Positions 1 through 11,829 of a DNA stretch of 64,000 nt are shown piece after piece. The stretch covers positions 19,594,001 through 19,658,000 of the forward strand of contig CM052817.1 of assembly GCA_028534125.1 (NCBI GenBank), read 5' to 3'. The position numbers and the translations under genes are program-made. How positions within the stretch are numbered: position 1 is the first letter of the stretch; each line of letters opens with the position of its first letter. The DNA is from Lama glama (lineage: Eukaryota). The notes under the pieces are model-generated. The model was not told where the DNA came from, searched no databases, and saw only the letters and a list, made by a program, of their open reading frames with translations.

Positions 1-1211
1 ACTTTATACATAGTTGTACCACAACATCTGCAACTTTTGTTTGTTGATATATTTTTAAAAATACCACGTATGTGATGGTTTCTCTCTATAGCACCCTGTT
101 GTCTGAAGAACAAGATGTGCCTTTTGTTTTTGTTGTTGGGTCATGCATTGTTGACTTTCTTACTCATTAATCATTATTAGTAAAATGAAAAGCTTGCAAA
201 GTGGATGTTTCCTTTTCATATGCAATTCAATACACACAAATATCTTGATTTTAATAAAGATCTGTTTGCCCATGCTACATTTCCCTTAAATTTGATATCT
301 GTGTTTCTCTAACTCAGGCAGATCATTTTTCCGCTTCCCTAGATTCAGTGGTATTTATATTTCTAACTTTTTCTAATCAATGTTCAAAGTATAATAACTC
401 TTTTTGAAAGTTTCAAATCTAACCTATTTTAAGGGTAAATGCAATTCTTGCAGTTTTGTTCCTTGGTTCTTTTGAAACTGGCTTCCAGATGCATTTATTC
501 AATTTCTTTAATTTTGATTCCTGTTAAGTTTGTAGTTGAAATTTCTGAATCTTATTTCAGAGTGATCATTTTAAGCAGGTTTAGTAAGATGGTTATTTTA
601 TACCTCTGCATGAATGTATATGGAATGAGCACTTGAATAAATTATGTTTTATGTAATTTCAGAACAGTATTTTCTTAGATAAGTTTAATCAATTCTAATA
701 CAATTCCAGATGCTGACAACATGTAGATTCTTGGTAAACGTGTTATTGATTGAATAATAAGGCCTCCTTTTCAGAACTGTTTTAAATATTGGATTTGATA
801 ATCTTCATGCCTCTTTTCTTTGCTACTATTGAAAGTAGGTATTTGTTAAATATCATATGTAAAATGCAGCTCTTTCTGTCTTGATATGCATTGAAGAACT
901 CACGCTTTGTATTTTGCTATTTGAGGTGTTTTTTCTGACTTCTCACCCTTTTCCTGTCATTATAACGCATACATGCAGCTTGCTTATGAGAGACTCATTT
1001 GATGAAGCCTCCACCATAACAAGATTTTGATGAGTTTGCCTGCAGGTAGCATCCTACCTCTCTTAGTTAAATATTTTCAACATAAAACCATTATGACAAA
1101 TTTCAACTTAATCTTTTTACCTTATATGGAGGAGCTGATTGGAATCCATAACTTATCCGATACATTAAATTAAATTGTCCTTTACAAATATTTATAATAT
1201 TCTTAACCCTT

Positions 1212-1622
1212 TGAGGTGCACAGGCTGCTGGAGGAGGTCATCAGGAGGACATGACTGCCAACTGACTCAAGAGCTGGGCCTGGGCATTGGAAGGCTCCTC
1301 ACTCCCCTTCTCTATCCTTAGTAATTACACTCTGCCCATCGTTCCACAGTGGGAGCTGCTTTCAAGGACCCAGACTTGAGAGAGGAATGTGTCGTTTAGA
1401 CTATCTGGCTGGTACAGATGACTGAACCTAGTTAAGATCTGTATATGAACTTTTGGATTCTGGCAGGTGAGTGTGGAGATTACTCGTCTTGCGGCCACTC
1501 AAGACGAACCTTGTATGTAAGTTCCCTCGCTTATTAACCCTATCACCTACCAATCGGGAGTGGCCTGGCTCTTCCAGTCTCCTCATGCCCTCCCCATACG
1601 GGGGCCAGTTCATGAACCGACA
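1212..1622 (+). mobile_element. 5' LTR of a class III (ERV-L-like) endogenous retrovirus
   Basis: GC-richer block starting TG (tgaggtgcac, 1212) and ending CA (aaccgaca, 1622). It has a TATA-like tatatgaa near 1442 and a degenerate poly(A) signal attaac at 1533-1538, and is followed 2 nt later by a tRNA primer-binding site. The start is less certain than the end. Confidence 0.75.
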
Positions 1623-1624
1623 TG

Positions 1625-1641
1625 TGGCAAGCCGCCAGGAG
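1625..1641 (+). promoter_or_regulatory. Retroviral primer-binding site, tRNA-Arg(ACG) type
   Basis: tggcaagccgccaggag versus TGGCGAGCCAGCCAGGAG, the complement of the tRNA-Arg(ACG) 3' end (...CTCCTGGCTGGCTCG-CCA). Differs by one CpG-type transition and one 1-nt deletion. Confidence 0.75.
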
Positions 1642-1650
1642 ACTGAAGAA

Positions 1651-2200
1651 ACGGGCTTTGGGAAGGAGGTGGCCACTGGGGAAATCCCATGTTGGCCATC
1701 TGCCTCTTTGTGGGGAGGGGCGGCCCAGAAGTTAGATGCCTATGGACTACCATGTGAGTGCAGGGACACCCCTGAAATGCTGGTCTGATGTGACTGAGGA
1801 ACTGCACAAAACACACTGGGGCAAAGATGGAAGATGAATGGCTGCTGCATTGAGCAGCCTTTACTGTGGACTGGTCGGCTGTACACTGATAACCAAACAG
1901 AAGGCTGAAACTTGCGTCAGAAAGTTGGAGGAAGAGCTGAGGACATAGAAGGATGTGCAGATGTCCACTGCTCTGCAGGCTTCAGAGCTGGCCGACAAAG
2001 TGGGAGAGCAAGATAATAAATTAGACACCTTTGGTGCCGTTTTGCAAAGCTGGTAGGGAGCAAGCTGCAGTGGATTAAGATCTGAGCTCTTGTGATAAAG
2101 CCTGATTAGGATGATGAGAGGTGGAATCCCTGGGAAAATGAGAACAAAGGAGAGGATGTTGTGGTGATTGACAATGCAAGGGATGGACAAGCTCCCCATG
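1651..2200 (+). pseudogene. gag: Decayed ERV-L-like gag N-terminal region (stops and frameshifts)
   Basis: Translation fragments: (T)GFGKEVATGEIPCWPSASLWGGAAQKL from 1651; coiled-coil-like AETCVRKLEEELRT*KDVQMSTALQASELADKVGEQDNKLD from 1904; WIKI*ALVIKPD*DDERWNPWENE from 2071, which resembles the ERV-L Gag motif KVRALIGKEWDPxxW. Confidence 0.65.
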
Positions 2201-2514
2201 CAGCTCATTTTCTGATAAGAAGCAACATTTTAAATAGCAATTGCCTTAGACTTATGATAATAGAGAAATGTACCCTGAGCCTCCTAGGAGGAAACTTGCA
2301 TTCTTTCTCTGTTCTTAGAAGATGTAAATCTCCTTGTGTCTTTGAAATGTAAACACCCCAGGAGATATCTAAAACCCTGCCCCAGGATTGCTTGAGAATG
2401 AGCAGAAAAGAAAAGGAAAAAAAAAAAGGGAAAAGAGCCTTTTTAAAAATACAGACTGCTATAGAAGCTCCCTTTCCCAGACTCTAGTCCACGATCTCCA
2501 TGAGATTATTTGTC

Positions 2515-3603
2515 AAAGGCAAATACAAATCTTGAAAGTCTTCCTCTTAAGTCGTGTGGGCTGAAGGCTGGGCCTCATGGCTAAGTGGGCTGCTGATTTT
2601 GCTTCCTTTCGGACCAAGTCACTGGCTGGGCTGTTTGGTTGGAGGGGCTGCCAGCTGTAACCAGCACACGGGCGGGACCAGAGACAGTGTGCTCGGACGG
2701 GGTCAGTGTCTCGGGCTCCCTTATCATGTGGAGCTGTAGGCTCTGCTCGGTGACTGGACTGGGTCGCTGCCTGGGCTCCTTGCCTGAGCAAGGCTGCAGA
2801 CCGTGTTCAACAATCAGGCAATGTCTAGACTGGGCTCTGCAGCTGGGTGGTACTGTAGGCTGGGTTCCAAGGCCGTCCAGGGTCACTGCTAGGTGTCCCT
2901 TGTTGTGTGGGGCCCCAGAATACCTATCATAGCTGGGCAGGACTGCTGGTCTGGCACTCTGCTTTGGGATGATGAGCTCCAAGGCTGTGGGGATTCTCTG
3001 ATTGAGCTTCCTGGTTATGCAGCACTGGGGACAATATTCAGCAGTAGGAGGGGCTAGTTAATTGCTTTCCTCCCTGGGCAATACCAGAGGATGGATTCTG
3101 GCTGATGACCCAAACCAGGCAGACCTGCGCATTAAGCTTCCAGGCAGACCAGGTCACTGGCTTGGATTTCCTGGCTGGGAACTCAGCTGGGGCACAGTTT
3201 CAAGGAATAATGCTCTTTGCCAACATCTGAGTATGGGTGGCTGTAATCCCTGCCCCATCCTTCTCTGTTCCTATCTGATCCTCAGTGGCCAAGCCTGGCA
3301 GATTTCCCCAATGATCCCTGTGAAGGGAGACTCAAGTGGGCCACCTTGGAATTGCGAGAGCTGGGTGTCCATCTTGCATTATTTTTCCAACTAGAGAAAC
3401 CCTAGATCCAGCCTTGGGGATGGACAATGTGGTCAGTGTATCTACTCATTCACTTTTCTAATGCTGCCCTTCTAGGTCTCTGTGGCTCTGGGATTGCTTC
3501 AACCTGGCAGTAGCCAGGTTCTGAGATTTTTACATACATGTCTTATTTATGGGTAGTTGATGACTGGTCTTCTTGTGGTGGGGACAAAAGTTGGGAATAT
3601 CCT
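2515..3603 (-). mobile_element. L1 5' UTR region (L1M/L1MA-like), antisense
   Basis: GC-rich block of imperfect ctgggctc/ggctg repeats ending in gtcttcttgtggtggggacaaaagttgggaat, typical of reverse-complemented 5' ends of old mammalian L1. This explains the overlapping ORFs at 2513-3394. Confidence 0.6.
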
Positions 3604-3749
3604 TGAAGATTTCATTTTTATCCATTTTTCCCCTTTATTTTCCACACAGTATTCTCATTCTCTATTGATAGAAATCATTTAATTAATGAGTATCTAGCTC
3701 AGCTCATTTTTCTATTAAATCTTCCTTGTAGACTCTATCCACATTAGGT

Positions 3750-3866
3750 CCCTTCCAGTTCCATGAGGTCCAGGAATGTGTTCTTTTCTGTGCAATGTGA
3801 TATTCTCAATGGCAAATACAGTGGCTAATTCATACTGAATGTTCACTGAATATTACTGAATTGATG
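3750..3866 (+). mobile_element. L2 3' tail
   Basis: ccagttccatgaggtccagg...acagtggctaattcata...tgaatattactgaattgatg resembles the L2 3' terminus consensus. Confidence 0.55.
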
Positions 3867-4603
3867 CTTTCAATAGATTGAAAGTGAAGTGTTCTATAAA
3901 GATAGTTTTCCTCAACCTTTTGAGAAATAAAATCTCATGCTTTATAATATGTTAAAGTAAAACATAATGAGGAATAAATTAGCAAATAGATTTTCCACTT
4001 GAATGCAATAAATTTAGTAGTTAAAAATGATAATTGGATCTCCCCAGTAATGACTGGTTAGCAAATCTGTAGCAAAAGAAAAATCAGCTTTGAAATTCCT
4101 TATGGCCAAAAAACTTTACAAATATTTTCATTTATTACATTTTTAAATTCCTCTTGAACATATATTATAAAAGGAAATTTAAATCCAAGTATTTTTTTCT
4201 TGAACACCATCATCTTCCTGCCTACTATTCATCTATTTTCTACAGACATGTCTCCGTTAGTTAATTAAGGTGATATTAATGCTTAGGGGGGAAAAGAATA
4301 AAAGGAAAAAATGAACAAAAGAGAGAAATCATAAAAGAAATTGAGAGAAAAAAAGGGAACTTCATGCATTTTACACTATTTACTTTTTAAAAAAAAGTTT
4401 ACTGTGTCTTACTAGTTATATCATTTTCTTTACTAACTTAAAACATTCCTTTTATGACTATCTTTCCAGAAAACAAATGCCAATGATGTAAAATCAACAA
4501 TAACCTAAGGGTTAAATTGTTTTTAAAAAACATAGAGCCCTTAATACTAAGTACTGTCATATTTTGTCATCTTTTGATGTCATTATGAATCTATTTATTG
4601 ATA

Positions 4604-4683
4604 AGAAACATTTAATTCAAGAGAAACATTTAAATTCAAGAGAAATAATTTAAATTACTACCTGACATACTACCTGACATACT
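4604..4683. repeat. Two adjacent short tandem duplications
   Basis: agaaacattta(a)attcaag present about 2.8 times (4604-4656), then a perfect 12-mer actacctgacat x2 (4657-4680). Confidence 0.85.
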
Positions 4684-7479
4684 GATCACACTAATCTGGA
4701 AGCACATGGAACAACTGTTAGTAGTAATAGTCAATCAAAGTTTGTGTTAATAAGGATTGCAAAGTGATTCATGCCTAAATGTCTCGGCAAATTCTCAGAA
4801 GCTCTGACTTTTTTGCAACATTTTCCCATACAAGTATATAATCAATAGTCAAATTATTTTCCCAAGGGAAGTGAAATATGAAGGCCTGGTTTTTCACTTA
4901 ATCTAACTTTAGATTAAATCTCAGATTTGAAATACAAACTTTTAAAAAGAACTGTATATGTAGACATATAACAGTCTATAAATATAGTCATCTTTACTGT
5001 AGCCAAATATTTTTATGGTCATTTATTTTTTAATCCTACTTAATAACCAAAACAAACAAACCAAAAAAGTGATTTCTACACACTGTGCCTGTAAAATTTT
5101 TGTCATAAAGAGAAAGATAAAAAATGCTTGCATTCTTAGAAATAATGTTCAAGATCAGTTTATACTGTCATGATCTCCATAAACTAAATCAGAAGTAGTG
5201 TCCAAATATGTTTACATGATTTTGTTTTGGCATAGGCATACTAAAATACTGGATATTTGCCCCCTTCACCGTCTGACACCCATGACTGTCAGCACAAAAA
5301 ACATAGAAGATCACCAGTAAAACATCATTATGCAAAAATCATGAAAATATATAACTTTAGCTATAATCTCATGTGAGATGTATTTTTTATGAGAATTGAC
5401 TACAAGTGATTTGATTCATTGAGTACTCACTTATAATATCTTAATCAAGATCACTTTCATTATTGTCTTCTTGTTAAGGGAGCAAATACCTGGATCATCT
5501 CATCTGTCCAACTGTCATGAATTTTCAAGAGGTGGAACTTTAAGGATCTAATGATAGAAATAAAAGTGTATGACAAGATCAAGTAAAAACATAAATGGAG
5601 ATCCCTGGAAGTGTGGTTCTCTTTTCTATTCCTGGCAGGATTGTTTACATTTTAGTTTCTTTTTCATCAATATTGCCTTCATGGCATCCATTCTGAAGAA
5701 AATGATCAATCCTGAGAGAATAGAAATAGATTGTACCCTTGAGCTCTCTGAATTTTGATTTTACTTTCACGGGTGCCTCTGAAGATAACTTCCACTTTTA
5801 CAATCCAAATGTGATTGCTCTTTCCATGACAAAATTAACCATATTATAAGAAACAATAGGAAAACATACTTATCAACTACCAATTCAATGATGATAAAAT
5901 ACGCAGTGTAAATTTCTGGTCAAAGTTTTTTTCCTTCTCCTAAATTTTGCTATTCTGATTTTATGAACATTTGCTTAAGTGTCTACTAATGAGGGACAGT
6001 GTATAATATGAGGTATGCTTAAATTTTAGTATCATAGGCATCTACTTTTTACCTTTTCTCCAAGAACTTCATTCTTAGTATCTTGAACATAACATGAAAT
6101 GTTTGTTAAAGAAGAACTTAACAGACATTATTTTTTAAAATAGTGCTCAAAATAGCATTCCTCTTTCACTGGACCTACAAGCTTTGTTGACAGTTTGAAT
6201 ACGCAGGCCATTAATTAATTCTGCTTAATCTGTAAATTGACAAGCGTTCAATTATCTATGCTTCATCAGATGTCACAGGTTGTCTTTTTAAAGTTGATTC
6301 ATTTGTGTTCATGAACAATTTTGCTTTATGACACACTGTCATATTAACAGATGGCAGAAGTAGTTGGCAAGTAAGTCTTCTCGATTCCACTCACCTCTTC
6401 CTCTTTTGAGTACCTCCTTGATATCTTGTACCATCAGTGCTCATATCTGGTATGCCGAGTACTCAGCCAAGTTCGTATATTCCCTGTCCTATTACCATTG
6501 CTTCACTGCACTGGCCTTCTGTTACAGAATCTCTTCCCACCTGCTTTATCATGAATGCTCTGCTAAATAATGATTTTTTGATGTACACAACTCTCTTTAT
6601 TCTTCCTCTCTCCTCATCTTTCAAATTAAAAATTGTCCTGACCCAAAGATTCTATAGCAGTATAATTCCCATTCACTTTGTTCCTAGATTATACCAATGT
6701 CTATATCTTAATATTTGAATGAAATGGTTTAATACATATCTTCCACCTGCTAATTGAACCACATTTACCTTTCTCTGTAATTTTTTTTACCCTTTCATTT
6801 TTTCTTTTGTTGTTGTGTACTGCTCCTTCATAATTAAAATTTGCTTATTTTTTTAAACCCAGAATGCCTTTTTTTCCAATTGGTTAAGATAAATAACTCT
6901 TTCTACTAAAGCGTCACTTCAGTCTCACTTCACCTCATGATGAGTTGTCTTCATCTTAGGGTGACCATGCGCATCTTTAAAATCTGCTAAGGAGGCTCTG
7001 CTAAGGACGGATACATTTTATTTGGTCTAGATGGATATTCCCACGGTGTTGCAATCACGTCTGTGACTAGTACTTCTAGCAATAACTAGTATCTCTAGTA
7101 GAAAGACTTCAGGAGTTTTTCGATAATTATGCAAAACTGGAAATCCCCTGAAAATGTTCTGCAAAACTAGGATCTAAATTATGTAAAAATGGAAGGGGCA
7201 GAAGAGTTAAAATTAAAATTGGAGCAGAAGCTGACTTGTGTGAAATTTGTGTAATCATCAGATGTATAAATGTTAAGAGGAGATCTGTTTCCCTTCAACA
7301 AGTCAAAACAGTAGCTCTTCCACATCATCAATATATTCAACTATTCAGCCTTTTCTTAAGAAGTCCGCCATTACATTTCATCATCAACTGTCCCTAAAAC
7401 ACTTGGATTCAGCTCTTCCTACACTGTTTTCTTTTTTTTACTGAATAAATTGCCAATATTTTAAAGTAAAGCATGATTT

Positions 7480-7999
7480 TTATATACCCATAGCATATTT
7501 GAGCCATTTAAAAGTATGTAATTCAATGGCATTAGGTATTTGCAAAACTTGGAAACTGAAATTCTATATACATTAAAGAATAACTCTGCATCCCCTCCTC
7601 CTTCCAGAATCATTATTCTATTTACTATTTCAATGTATTTAACTACTCGAATTACCTCATATGGGGGAAATCATATAGTATTTACCTTTTTGTTACTGGC
7701 TTCTTTCATTTAGTTTAATGTCTTCAAGATTCATCCATGTTGTAGCATGTATCAGAATTTCCTTCCTTTATAAAGGTGAATAATATTCTATTTCACGTAT
7801 ATACCACATTTTACTTATGCATACCTGTCAATGGACACGTGTTGCTTTCACCTTTTTGACTATTGTGAATAATGCTGCTATGCATATTGATGTATAACTA
7901 TTTGAGTCCAGGTTTTCAAAATTTTAAGTATATACTCAGAACTGGAATTGCTGGATCATGTGGTAATTCTAGTTTTAATTGTTTGAGGAATTACCATAC
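7480..7999 (-). mobile_element. L1 3' end (L1MB-like)
   Basis: Diagnostic antisense L1 strings: ttcatccatgttgtagcatgtatcagaatttccttcc, aataatgctgctatg, ggaattgctggatcatgtggtaattcta. Confidence 0.9.
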
Positions 8000-10900
8000 A
8001 AGATAATTTTTATAACAGAAAAATTTCTGCTTTCTACTGGGAAAAAAATCTGCAAGTCTAGGAAGACTAGAGTTCTCTTTCTGGAACGACCAGAAACTCA
8101 AGTATCTCTGAGGTTCTTCTGGAGCCAAGAGGATGCTCAGTCTATCATGAAAGGTGTGAGTTCCTCATTTAGCCACAGATCCCTTTTCTACAACATTCAA
8201 CTGCATCCTTTGCTTGTCCCTTAGTGGTATGTATTTTTGGGACCCCTGGCCTAGAGCTTAAGAGCTTAAGAGGATCTATACAAAAAGAGTGGTAAGAGAG
8301 AGAGTAGGAAGGAGGAAAACACCAAATACAAATGTGCTGCTGATGGACTAGAGCCTGCCTCAATCCGTAGGTCAAAATCAAGAAGGGAAGGGGGCTACAA
8401 GAACAGGTAAAAGATTTTAAAAAAAATGTGTATAAGAGAAATAAATAATGGAGTTGACTGAGAGTCATTTATGAATATGAATGAGTCTGAGTTGTCATGG
8501 TTTAGTTAACTAACACCATTATCCCTCAGGAACATGGTTCAAATTTCAGTTTTCAATTAACTATAAATAACTATGTAAAGTACAAACTTTGTTACTTGGT
8601 TCTGAGTCCACAAAATGCCTCAGACTTAACAGATGTACAGTGTAATCAGTGACCAATTATGTCACTTCTTTCAAATGCTGGCAGTGATGGGTCACTGCAC
8701 ATCTGTTAGTCAGGGCATACATGGAGAGGAAAGCATGTCGTTGTGTTACCTCTCTGTCTTCCAGTGGAAAACCAACATCACATGCCGTTTTGTAAAATGA
8801 GATAATTGAAAAAGAATAGGCCATCAAAGATGAAAATGCATTGTATTTGTGAATTTAAGGATTTTCTGGTTAGCTCTGGTTCCAGATTTCTAAATCTAAG
8901 TGGAAATAGCAAGACTCTGCCTACAGAAAGTAAGGTTAGGTCTGCCCTATAGTCTAATCACAGGAAGAATATACATTCTAGTTAGAAATTTCAAAGCACT
9001 TGGAAACTATGCAGTGAGAATTTTCAATGAAACAGCAATGTCTTTAATGACAGTCAGGGTGAGATTTCACAAACCACAGTAGTTTGAAGGAGGAAGCATT
9101 AATGTTCAAGTGACAAAGTTGATAAAGTCATCTCAGCCCTGTAAACATTAGAGACAATTTAATGATTCCCAATCATCTTCTTCCAATTGGATTACTCCGT
9201 AGACTTTAGAACATATTCAAAAACAGCTTCCTGCCTGATGAAGACTTTATATGCTATAAATCAAGACAACAGATATTTCAATGACAGACGAGACAGCAAC
9301 CAGAGGTGACAATGCCCAGCCAAGCAGACACAAAACAAACGTGTCCAGTTTTCATAACAGAAATTTGTTTCTTCACTAGCATCCTCAGCACTGGGGATGT
9401 GATGAGAGGTGACACAAACAAGGGTAGTGAATCAGAATTGATGTTTGTCAAGTAAGAACAGAAAAGAGATACACTAGATAAACTTTTGGCACTTAAAACT
9501 TAGAATTTGATGCGGGAGCATTGTGCTGGGAGGTGGAGAAAGAGGAATGAATATATTGAGAAAGGATGTGAATATGAATGGTTGTGCCATCAGTGCAGTG
9601 ACATAATTGCTAGTTTGGGGATCACTCCACTGTATATGTTAGGGATGATTTGATTGATAGCAATAACACAAAAGAAGGCATTAAATATTGAATCCCTATG
9701 TGGGTCACCTCTCTCTCTCACACACACACACAGAGGCAAACATGCACAAAACTATACTTGAATGAAGATTGAAACTCTGTTCATAATATTTGCATTCATG
9801 TATCTTTGTGTATAAAAACTCTTATTTATACTATAACAACTGTGGGTAGCATTATTTGAAAGGAATACACATATTTCATAATAGCAAAAGATGAATTTTT
9901 TTATTATTCAAACCTAAAAATGAACGTAAGGAATCTGAAAAAGTACTGACAGGATTGGTGAAATTATTACCTGAAACAAATGTGATATTATTAATGGAAT
10001 AATATCAGTTTTTTTCTCAAATATTAACCCTGAAATCAGGAAAGTTAAAAAAATGTTTTTCTAGGTCCATTTGATCTTGGCTTAATGTTGCTATATTAAT
10101 GAACTGTACCTGATTTAAATGAAAATATAATGTTAATGTTAAGGTATTATTTTGTGTATAGATTACTTTTACCTATCCTGATATATTTGAGAAATAGCTA
10201 ATTTAGGGAACTAACACAATGCATGATTGGATCATTTTTTAAAGAAAAAGTGTGACTATAAACAACAGAAGATCAGCTGATGTGTCAGATGGATGAAAGC
10301 CCTAAGGGAAAGAACATTGGATTAGTACTATACAAGTTAAATCTTGAAATCATATTAAATAAACAAAATTTCTCTTTGGCTGAATGTGAATTATGGTGGA
10401 GCTATAAGTGTATTTTCAATTCCAGATAACTGAAATAGTTTTTAGGCCATTGAAGTTCAGCAAACCACCACACTCTTATTCATTGTTTGACTTTGTATCA
10501 CAATGACAAGGATTTAGGCTGCCTTAACTTAGATGAAATTTGAGACAATTATCATGAGTTATATATGAATCATCTGACATCATAATACGCCTCATCTCCT
10601 TTACCAATATTTGTCTTTCTAGTACCCCTACTAAAATGGTCTCAAAGACTTTGGGATCTTATCTAGCTCAAAGTCCTCCCTACAAAATGGCAGCCCTTAC
10701 TATCAAGGGCCATGTTTCGGGGATTTTCTGGATGCCCTGAGTGGAGACTATCACATATGGGGCAGTCTCAGAGCATGTCCAAGCCAAAAGAACACTGACT
10801 GGCCAGTCAAAATAATTTCAAAATATGTTATTTTCTTGCATACCTTCAAACCTGTGAAAATTCTTGCAATGTCTCTTAAAATTTCTCATGGTTCTATCCC

Positions 10901-11829
10901 ATTCATGTTTCCCCTAGGTCAGAGCAGCATACATCTTCATCTACTCCAGCGCAAACTCTTTCAGGGCAGTAGTAATAGATTACCTTATGTCTGCTACCAT
11001 CTTATATCACATTCACTGCCTTCATGAAGGGGTCAACCTAGTACCTAGTCCAGAATATTTATTCCACCACAATCTGTGTCTTATTTCCATATGACCTCTC
11101 CATTTTATTTTAAAGTGTCAAAAGTAGCTCAAATAAAACATTAATTCAGTAATGGGCATTGATTGAATGTCAAGTGAGACATCTCCCAGATAAGAAAATG
11201 CCTTATCTAACAAAAATGAGTTCTAGGGTGAAATTTTTGCAGTGTGTGGTTTTAAACTATTTTGTTACAAGTTCTAAGACAGAGGCAGACATATATTCCA
11301 TCTATGCAGAGCACTTCGCTTGGTTCTTTTGGAATAATAAACATGTAAGACAGCAATAGAGTTCCAGAAAACAGTTTCTCTACAGAAAGTATGTTCTGAG
11401 TTCTATAAGTGTATAGGGCCAGAGGGAAAAGGACAGAATGATTTTAGAAATTGAAATAAGTTAAGTATAGGATGGGAGAGGAAAGGTGATGGGAGCAAGA
11501 GCAAGAGTGAGATAAATAAATCAATATATATACTGATAATTGTGTTCAGTATGATATTTCATGACTATTCAATTCAAAACATCTATTCCATTCTATGGGG
11601 AGACAAAATTCATAATATTTAAGAGACTGAACTAAAGATAAAGTTAGTGAGCGAGATAGTATTCACAGAGGTTGTTATCCCTCATATACAACTATAAGAG
11701 TAAATCCTCAACACTTTATTTAATTTGCCTGGATAATTATTTGACATTTAATCTGAATTCTTGGCAAATACAGAGTACCCCTATTGCTCCTTAGGCCCTA
11801 CTTTTACTACTAAAAATCATTGGACAAAA

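Noticed and set aside
2513..3394. Cluster of overlapping 60-133 aa ORFs in a GC-rich block
   Set aside because: Lies in L1 5' UTR-like repeat. GC richness explains the scarcity of stops, and there is no recognisable protein motif.
4604..4683. Short direct repeats as a CRISPR-like array
   Set aside because: No unique spacers, only 2-3 units, and the context is mammalian.
6958..7175. tagggtgaccat resembling a hAT (MER91/MER96-type) terminus
   Set aside because: No matching opposite terminus or TSD could be identified by eye.
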